Shown in pieces: positions 57,532 to 64,000 of a DNA stretch of 64,000 nt (positions are counted from its first letter, which is position 1; each line of letters opens with the position of its first letter). The DNA is from an uncultured Gammaproteobacteria bacterium. GTDB lineage: Bacteria > Patescibacteriota > Microgenomatia > Woykebacterales > RBG-16-39-9b. The notes beneath the pieces are model-generated. The model was not told the origin of the DNA. It made no database searches and saw only the letters and a program-made list of their open reading frames with translations. Position numbers and translations under genes: made by a program. The DNA lies in NCBI GenBank assembly GCA_965231125.1, contig OZ246414.1, positions 827,239-891,238 on the forward strand, in the 5' to 3' direction.

Positions 57532-59769
57532 ATGAGGTTACAAATGAGAGAACAATATTCTAAAATCGCGAGTCAAATAATAAATATTGGCGCTGTCGCC
57601 ACCGTATTCATTATTCCACTACTTTTTATTCCACTGCCACAAGATCTCAACAACACTCGCCTCTTTGCGGAATTTAATAAAGAAATTGCGTTTGTACTTG
57701 TTAGCTTTACGCTCTTTACACTTTGGACTATTAAAATGGTTCTGGACAGAAAGGTAACAATAATCCGCACACCGATAGACTTACCCTTAATCGTCTTCTT
57801 CCTTATTTATATATTAGCGACTGTCTTTAGCAGCGACCCATTCGTCTCAGTAGTCGGTTACTACGGAATTTTTCACCCTTCTTTGGTAAGTATGCTCGCT
57901 TTAATCTTGTTTTACTTTACAGCCGTCTCTAATTTGAGCCCAAAGACTCGTATTTGGGCGCTTGGTTGCCTAGTTGTGTCGATTGGAATAGCCTCCCTTG
58001 TAGCAATTATTCATTACTTCGGCATTTTTATAACCCAATACAAGGTTGCCCAATCCCGCGACTGGACTCCTATTATCTCTCCTGGTACGTTGGCTTTTTT
58101 GGCTTCATTATCGGTGCCGATAGCCGTTGGTCTTGCCGTAGCCGCCAAAAACTTTTGGGTGAAGTTAGGTTGGCTTGTTGCCGGCATAATTATTTTCGGT
58201 TCAATATTAATAGTAAACTCTTTTGGCGCCTGGATTGCCCTGTTTGCCGGCCTCTTAACTATTTTATTTTTTGCCCAAGGAGTTGTTAACCGCGCCGAAA
58301 ACCGTCTTACCCTTGGAGCAGCTGCTATCGTGGCTATCGTTCTATTTGCGGTATCCATGACACCGTCTTTAAAAGGCAGCATTATTAAACCACTCATTCG
58401 CGGTAACGATAAAACCTTATTATTAAACGCGGAAAAACGACTTCCAGTAGATGACAGCTGGCAAATTGCTGTTTCTAGTATCGGTAACAAGCCTTTTTTG
58501 GGTTACGGACCAGGAACATTTCCATTTGTATTTACAAAATTCTCCCCTATTTCTATGAATCAAGGTTCGGATTGGAATGTTCGCTACGAACAAGCTTCAA
58601 ATGAATACGCAAACACTTTATCCACCCTAGGGTTCTTAGGTTTAGCGGCTTATTTAGCCGTCCTGTTTTTCCTTTTAAGATCGCTAGTTAATTTTTGTTT
58701 AAGAAGTTCCTCGCTTAAAGATAATCCCATGCCGGTATTTCTTCTTTCTTCTCTAATAGCCTTCGCAGTTGGAAGTTTATTTTTTGATACGAGTTTGGTA
58801 ATCGGAATGTTATTCATACTTGTTAGCGCGGCCGCTTTCTCAACCCTCTTCAACTTAGGTACCGAAGGAGTTGACAAAGTAAACTTAAAATTGGTTTCCC
58901 TCAAATCCGGTGTAGTTGGTTACGGCTCAGAAAACCCAAGTAACAATTTGCTCGGGTTTATTTTATTAGTACCCTGCCTGGCTATTACTGCCGCTGCACT
59001 TTACTTCGGAATAAGATCGTATCAAGCGGAACTTTCTTACCAACGCTCCGTTATTTCGGCATCCAAAAATAATGCTAAAGAAACAAGAGACCTTCTTGTT
59101 TCTGCTATTAAGGAGTTTAGTTTCAGAGACATCTACCACCGAACTCTTTCTTTAGTAGATATTAGAATCGCCCAATCGTTAAGTAGACAAACCCAGACTG
59201 ATCAAAACAAGACAAATATTCAACTTCTCGTAAGCGAGTCTGTCGCTCAAAGTAGAATCGCTACTGGCTACCAAAACCCGCCCGTACCAGGAACAAGTAG
59301 TAACAACGTTGTTAATTGGGAATCTTTAGGAGTTGTCTATTCAAGTTTGATTGACGTTGTTAAAGGTACAGGAGATCAAACAGTTATTGTATACCTTCAG
59401 GCGAAAATATTATTCCCCAGAAATCCCGCTCTTTATCAGTCTTTAGGAAACGTTTATTTAAAAATCGGTAAGACCCAAGATGCCATTAGGGCCTTGGAAA
59501 CGGCTGTTTCCCTGAAGAACGATCTTGCTTTTTCCCATTACTCACTAGCGCAGGCGTACGAAAAGGCCGGCAACCGCCAAGACGACGCCCTGAAGGAGTT
59601 AGAGGCGGCTTTTGGTCTGCTACCGGAAGGATCAGATAAGCAAAAAGTCCAAGGTGAGATAGATACCTTGAAAAAAGAGATTGGTAATAACCTAAAGCAA
59701 CTAACCCCAACTGCCTCTACCACGGCGACCCCTTCCGCCACGGCGACATCCTCCGCAAAACCAAAGTAA
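57532..59769 (+). CDS. O-antigen ligase/polymerase-like (Wzy_C) polytopic membrane protein with C-terminal TPR repeats
   Basis: About 12 TM segments with a large loop, and C-terminal TPR-like helices (AIRALETAVSLKNDLAFSHYSLAQAYEKAGN). Confidence 0.6.
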   Translation: MRLQMREQYSKIASQIINIGAVATVFIIPLLFIPLPQDLNNTRLFAEFNKEIAFVLVSFTLFTLWTIKMVLDRKVTIIRTPIDLPLIVFFLIYILATVFSSDPFVSVVGYYGIFHPSLVSMLALILFYFTAVSNLSPKTRIWALGCLVVSIGIASLVAIIHYFGIFITQYKVAQSRDWTPIISPGTLAFLASLSVPIAVGLAVAAKNFWVKLGWLVAGIIIFGSILIVNSFGAWIALFAGLLTILFFAQGVVNRAENRLTLGAAAIVAIVLFAVSMTPSLKGSIIKPLIRGNDKTLLLNAEKRLPVDDSWQIAVSSIGNKPFLGYGPGTFPFVFTKFSPISMNQGSDWNVRYEQASNEYANTLSTLGFLGLAAYLAVLFFLLRSLVNFCLRSSSLKDNPMPVFLLSSLIAFAVGSLFFDTSLVIGMLFILVSAAAFSTLFNLGTEGVDKVNLKLVSLKSGVVGYGSENPSNNLLGFILLVPCLAITAAALYFGIRSYQAELSYQRSVISASKNNAKETRDLLVSAIKEFSFRDIYHRTLSLVDIRIAQSLSRQTQTDQNKTNIQLLVSESVAQSRIATGYQNPPVPGTSSNNVVNWESLGVVYSSLIDVVKGTGDQTVIVYLQAKILFPRNPALYQSLGNVYLKIGKTQDAIRALETAVSLKNDLAFSHYSLAQAYEKAGNRQDDALKELEAAFGLLPEGSDKQKVQGEIDTLKKEIGNNLKQLTPTASTTATPSATATSSAKPK

Positions 59770-59896
59770 CCTCTATTGAGCTAAGTATAATACTTGTGAT
59801 AAAATTGGCGCGAGTTCGTGGGCCTGTGGCGCAATAGACTGCTTCGCATTCTGCGACCACTTTGTGGACTATTGCTAGCGCAGCCCCGTAAAATTT

Positions 59897-59972
59897 GGGC
59901 CCATGGCTCAATTGGTAGAGCGCTTCCATGGCATGGAAGAGGTTGCCGGTTCAAGTCCGGCTGGGTCCACCA
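59897..59972 (+). tRNA. tRNA-Ala (GGC)
   Basis: Acceptor GGGCCCA/TGGGTCC (G3:U70 present). Anticodon loop AUGGCAU. T-arm GGTTCAAGTCC. CCA encoded. Confidence 0.7.
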
Positions 59973-59978
59973 AATTTG

Positions 59979-60019
59979 TACGGGGAGGTTAGGGGTTCGA
60001 GTCCCCTCAGTTCCACCAG
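59979..60019 (+). other. tRNA 3'-half fragment (T-arm AGGGGTTCGAGTCCCCT plus acceptor 3' strand plus CCA) with no 5' half
   Basis: Only 41 nt. No D-arm or anticodon arm upstream. Confidence 0.4.
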
Positions 60020-60167
60020 GCCACTACGTTTCGCAAAGCGAAACTACGCGGCCTGCTCCGCGAAGCTTTAGCGTAGTGGGGTACACTTCGCTCTTAGAGC
60101 TTCGCGTGGCACAGCCAAAGAGGGGCGAGAAGTAAGAAGTGTGCTCCGCAAAAAGTAAATCTTTTTA

Positions 60168-60243
60168 GGGCCTGAAGTTTAACTGGTTGAACACCTCATT
60201 CGCATTGAGGAGGTAGGCGGTTCGATTCCGCCCAGGTCCACCA
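60168..60243 (+). tRNA. tRNA-Ala (CGC)
   Basis: Acceptor GGGCCTG/CAGGTCC with G3:U70. Anticodon loop UUCGCAU. T-arm GGTTCGATTCC. CCA encoded. Confidence 0.7.
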
Positions 60244-60248
60244 AAGCT

Positions 60249-60290
60249 ACTAGGTTGAGGAGGTAGGCGGTTCGACCCCACCCCAGCTGC
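60249..60290 (+). other. Partial duplicate of the tRNA-Ala(CGC) 3' portion (ttgaggaggtaggcggttcga...)
   Basis: 21 nt identical to tRNA positions 37-57, then diverging. No acceptor. Confidence 0.4.
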
Positions 60291-60472
60291 ACTGACTCCT
60301 CGAGATTTTAATATATTTATATATCTTTGTTAATAAATTGATATACTCTGTTCTTTAACTCGGAGTGGTTTAGTATATCAATACTAATCAAACTAGAAAT
60401 TTTTATTCCCCTACAGCTTACTAGAGTTTCCGCAGAGAATTTTGTTTTTTTAACTCAATACTATATAATATA

Positions 60473-62953
60473 ATGAGAATGCTTATAGGATTATACCGAC
60501 GGAAAACTAAATTTTTCACTTTAGTATCCACTTCTGTCGTCATCTTTGCCGTTGTATTAGGGTTTTTATTTATTAAATCTTTAGAGAGGCATCCTTACGC
60601 CTTCGGTCAGACTTCCGATGCTACACCATACGGGCTTGATCTACTCCAAAATCCGGAAAAAATAGCTTACCTTAGGCCACTTGTAAAAATAGGTAAAGTC
60701 TCTAGTCATGCCAAAGACGGCTACAATAAAGACTCAGGTATATCAGATGACAACGGACAAGAAACTTACCTATACAAAAACGGTTCTAACTACGTGCTTC
60801 TAGACGAAAAGGGCCCAGGCACAATTACCAGACTCTGGTTTTATTTGTTCCCGGATGGAGTCTCCCCTGATGGAACAGTATTTAGTAATTATAAAAGCTA
60901 CAGATTAAAATTCTTTTTCGACGGCGAAACAACTCCACGAGTAGACAAAACTTTAGACGAGATATTCTCCGGGACCCAAAGCCCATTTCTGTCTCCTTTG
61001 GTCGGTAATGCAAACACAAGCTCAGGAGGTTCCTACTCTTATGTGCCGATGAGTTTTGCAAAATCCGTCAGGGTCGAAATCACAGGCATGCCCTATTATT
61101 ACCAGATAGATTATGAGAAATACGATTTAACTGTACCTGTTACCACATTTACACCAAGTATTGACGTTTCCGCGGTTGTTAATAAATGGAGTAACGCCGG
61201 AACCCAAGACCCCAAATCTTTGAGCGGAACTGTAATGACAACTTCTGGAACAATTGACAGCAATAATCCTTTAAAAAAGGGCGATACCCTGCAAATTTTT
61301 AACCAGACGGGCTCGGCTGTCATTAAATCAATAGTCTTCACAGTTCCGGGATACTCGGATCCCAGCGATTCCACTTCAAGAGATGTCTTCATGAATATGC
61401 GTATAAAAGGAACCTGGGATAATAATTCGCAGCCCAATATTGACGTACCCTTCGGTTCGTTCTTTGGTACCTTTTTAGGTAAAACAAACACTAAAGGCCT
61501 CTTCTTTGGCTCTGATCCGCAGACAGGCAGGCTTTATAACTATTACCCGATGTATTTTGCCAACTCGGCAAACCTCTCGCTTGTCAACAACAGCCAGTCG
61601 GATATTTCGGGAATTTCATACCAAATAGAATACATCCCACTTACTTCAATTGATGGACTCGGCACTAAAATCGGTTATTTTAACGCCACCTATAACCAGG
61701 AAATTCCAGTTACCCCCAGCGTGGATTTTAAAATGGCTAACCTTTCGGGGCGTGGCCAAATTGTCGCTAACACCCTGTATATTAAATGCTGGTCTCTGGA
61801 CCAACCAACATGGCAATTGCATCATTCTTGCCTTGAAGGTGACGAAAGATTTTATATTGATGATTCAAAATCTCCAGATACGTACGGAACTGGCACAGAA
61901 GAATTTTTTAATGGCGCCAATTATTTTATACTAGGACCATTTAACCGACCTACCCACGGCGATAACTACCAATTTACTAAATATAATTCAAGTCCAACAA
62001 CTTTCGATGGTTACGGCGAAGATTCTGCCTGGCGTATCTTTGCGGTTGATCCAATACCATTCCGCTCAAATATATTGATGGGTATCGAACACGGGAATCC
62101 TTATAAATACGGCACTATAGAATTACCAGGCTGGAACCAAAAAAGCACATATCCTGGCAATTATTACAGTACAGTATTTTGGTATGGTACCAATGCTGCA
62201 GACCTAAACCCCGTTGATTCACTTGATGTCGGAAACTCCCAAAGCCAGACAAGCCACTTGTACAGTGCGGGCGCGTCTGCAAATATCCCATCTCAAACAT
62301 TTTTCTATGAGGGTGATAACGATGAAGTGCCTGTTTCCGATGACGGCCAGTCAGGCACAGGAAAAATAACATTCAAGATGAATGTTGATTCTGGAAAGGC
62401 TCATGTACTTCGCCGAAGATTTGACCAGTCTATAAGAAACCAAAGCGCTGAAGTAAGAATAGATGGCGTGAGAATTGGGACATGGTACGATGCAGGAAGA
62501 AATTCCGTACTCAGATGGAAAGAAAGTGAAATGTTCATTCCGGCAATTCATACCCAAGGTAAATCCCAAATTACAGTCCAAGTTACCCCCAACCCTGGAT
62601 CAACGTGGACCACCTTTCGTTATGATCTATTTTCAATTCCCTCTACATCTCCACAAAACTTATCCGACTTTGACCTCGATGGCTTTAGTGACACTTTAGA
62701 AACCTACCTTGGGACCAACTCTCAAAGTGATTGCTCATTAAACTCAAGTACCGATGCCTGGCCACCAGATTTTAACCGTGATGGTAAAGTTTCAGTAGCC
62801 GATATAGATGCTGTGAAACAAGCCTACGGCAAAAACTCATCATCGGCCGACTGGTCTACAAAATATAAGAGGCTTGATCTTGTCCAGAACGGTTCAATCA
62901 CCATTGCCGATATAATGGCCGTAGTTAATCTTTACAATCGATCCTACTGTTAA
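60473..62953 (+). CDS. Secreted 826-aa protein with an N-terminal signal anchor and a C-terminal thrombospondin-3-like/dockerin-like Ca-binding module
   Basis: The C-terminus DFDLDGFSD...DFNRDGKVSVADIDAV...DLVQNGSITIADIMAVV is a duplicated dockerin-type F-hand. The central domain is unassigned. Confidence 0.7.
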   Translation: MRMLIGLYRRKTKFFTLVSTSVVIFAVVLGFLFIKSLERHPYAFGQTSDATPYGLDLLQNPEKIAYLRPLVKIGKVSSHAKDGYNKDSGISDDNGQETYLYKNGSNYVLLDEKGPGTITRLWFYLFPDGVSPDGTVFSNYKSYRLKFFFDGETTPRVDKTLDEIFSGTQSPFLSPLVGNANTSSGGSYSYVPMSFAKSVRVEITGMPYYYQIDYEKYDLTVPVTTFTPSIDVSAVVNKWSNAGTQDPKSLSGTVMTTSGTIDSNNPLKKGDTLQIFNQTGSAVIKSIVFTVPGYSDPSDSTSRDVFMNMRIKGTWDNNSQPNIDVPFGSFFGTFLGKTNTKGLFFGSDPQTGRLYNYYPMYFANSANLSLVNNSQSDISGISYQIEYIPLTSIDGLGTKIGYFNATYNQEIPVTPSVDFKMANLSGRGQIVANTLYIKCWSLDQPTWQLHHSCLEGDERFYIDDSKSPDTYGTGTEEFFNGANYFILGPFNRPTHGDNYQFTKYNSSPTTFDGYGEDSAWRIFAVDPIPFRSNILMGIEHGNPYKYGTIELPGWNQKSTYPGNYYSTVFWYGTNAADLNPVDSLDVGNSQSQTSHLYSAGASANIPSQTFFYEGDNDEVPVSDDGQSGTGKITFKMNVDSGKAHVLRRRFDQSIRNQSAEVRIDGVRIGTWYDAGRNSVLRWKESEMFIPAIHTQGKSQITVQVTPNPGSTWTTFRYDLFSIPSTSPQNLSDFDLDGFSDTLETYLGTNSQSDCSLNSSTDAWPPDFNRDGKVSVADIDAVKQAYGKNSSSADWSTKYKRLDLVQNGSITIADIMAVVNLYNRSYC

Positions 62954-62966
62954 CAAAGTCTGCCGG

Positions 62967-64000
62967 CTAAACTTCTTTGGAAATTAGTTTTACTAACTCT
63001 TCTAGCCCAAAGGCGTTCAAAGCTGAAATATCGAGCGGTCTGAGTCCCTTTTCCACTAGATTAGCCAGCTTTTCTTTTAACTCTTCTTCGGTCAAAAGAT
63101 CTATCTTGTTAACCACAACAATTTCTTTTTTCTCCACAAGAGACGGGTTGTAAGATTTTAATTCGTTTCTTACCACTAAGTAATCTTTATACGGATCGGG
63201 TGAGGTGGCATCCAGTAAATGCACCAAAACTTTGGTTCTTTCAATGTGTTTAAGAAACTGGTCACCCAAACCCCGTCCCTGGCTTGCGCCCTCGATTAGC
63301 CCCGGAATATCAGCAATCACGAGGGTTAAAGGTTTAGGGTTTAGGGCAACCCTGCCCCCTAATGTCATTACACCAAGATTTGGTTCCAGTGTTGTAAATG
63401 GGTAATTAGCAATTTTCGGAGTTGCGGCCGTTAACTTTGATAACAAGGTTGATTTACCCGCGTTCGGAAGGCCGATTAACCCAACCTCTGCCAAAACTCG
63501 CAGCTCTAAAACCAACTCAATTTCCTCTCCCTCTCCCCCCTTTTCGGCGTGTTTAAGATATTCCCAACGACCTTCTTTTTCTCCAGTTATTTTTTCATTA
63601 TTCATTCTTAACTTTTCTAGTTCGTTAGAACGCAAAGCGCGGAGCGCTTTATTCTCACTTCGTGAGAGGTGAGCGTTCCCTCTTCCTCCTTTGCCGCCTT
63701 TTGCAACTAGCAACTCATCGCCTTCAGCTGCCAAATCGCCGACAACTTCTTCTTGCGTGTCTTTAACCAGAGTTCCTAAGGGCACTTCTAAAATTAGGCT
63801 GCCTCCGCTAGCTCCTTTTCTCATGGATTTTCCGCCCGGCTCGCCTGAACCGCCCTTAAAATTTTTTTTAAACTGGAAAGGGGTTAATGTAGAAAGGTTT
63901 TTACTTGCCTTAATTAAAACATCCCCACCGTTTCCGCCGTCCCCACCATCTGGCGGTCCGTAGGCTTTACCACGAAGTTTTCTAAAGGAGACTGCGCCTG
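62967..64000 (-). CDS. obg: GTPase Obg/CgtA. The N-terminus runs past the window end.
   Basis: Obg-fold Gly-rich N-domain (GGDGGNGGDV, GGKGGRGN) and G-domain (GLPNAGKST, DIPGLIEGA, NKID). Confidence 0.9.
   Translation of the reverse strand, partial: GAVSFRKLRGKAYGPPDGGDGGNGGDVLIKASKNLSTLTPFQFKKNFKGGSGEPGGKSMRKGASGGSLILEVPLGTLVKDTQEEVVGDLAAEGDELLVAKGGKGGRGNAHLSRSENKALRALRSNELEKLRMNNEKITGEKEGRWEYLKHAEKGGEGEEIELVLELRVLAEVGLIGLPNAGKSTLLSKLTAATPKIANYPFTTLEPNLGVMTLGGRVALNPKPLTLVIADIPGLIEGASQGRGLGDQFLKHIERTKVLVHLLDATSPDPYKDYLVVRNELKSYNPSLVEKKEIVVVNKIDLLTEEELKEKLANLVEKGLRPLDISALNAFGLEELVKLISKEV

Overview
This is a low-GC (~42%) bacterial window. Its gene content and style fit a Candidate Phyla Radiation / Patescibacteria-like genome. 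That is inference only, since no rRNA is present. The backbone is the conserved secE-nusG-rplK-rplA-rplJ-rplL ribosomal cluster on the + strand. Diverging from it on the - strand are rpmG, partial rpmB and a Thr/Tyr/Thr/Trp tRNA cluster. The rest is dominated by cell-surface genes: a 1497-aa S8 subtilisin with FG-GAP/FN3 modules, sortase, two type IV pilins, a PEGA/TolB-like protein, GT4/WecB glycosyltransferases and an O-antigen-ligase(Wzy_C)+TPR protein. There are two secreted proteins with a dockerin-like module and comEA/comEC. Housekeeping genes include mreB, ndk, argS, leuS, obg and an M16 peptidase. Five other observations. (1) Two giant ORFs (2581 and 2375 aa) start with cytoplasmic MerR/excisionase-type HTH domains, then one TM helix, then >2000 aa of Gly/Thr/Asp-rich repetitive extracellular sequence. 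Both end in a conserved ~140-aa domain. (2) The same domain reappears in a 274-aa protein whose C-terminus is an F-ATPase c-subunit-like hairpin lacking the ion-binding carboxylate. That protein heads an atpFHAGDC operon with no a-subunit gene. (3) There are diverged 'ghost' duplicates of the 3' ends of nusG and rplL, and several tRNA half-fragments. These point to repeated recombination scars. (4) An in-frame TAG separates a signal anchor from a dockerin/CAP-domain protein. (5) Three GC-rich (~57%) islands look horizontally acquired: two small genes with consensus promoters and a DapL-like/LysA-like pair. Domain calls come from reading motifs by eye; no searches were run.
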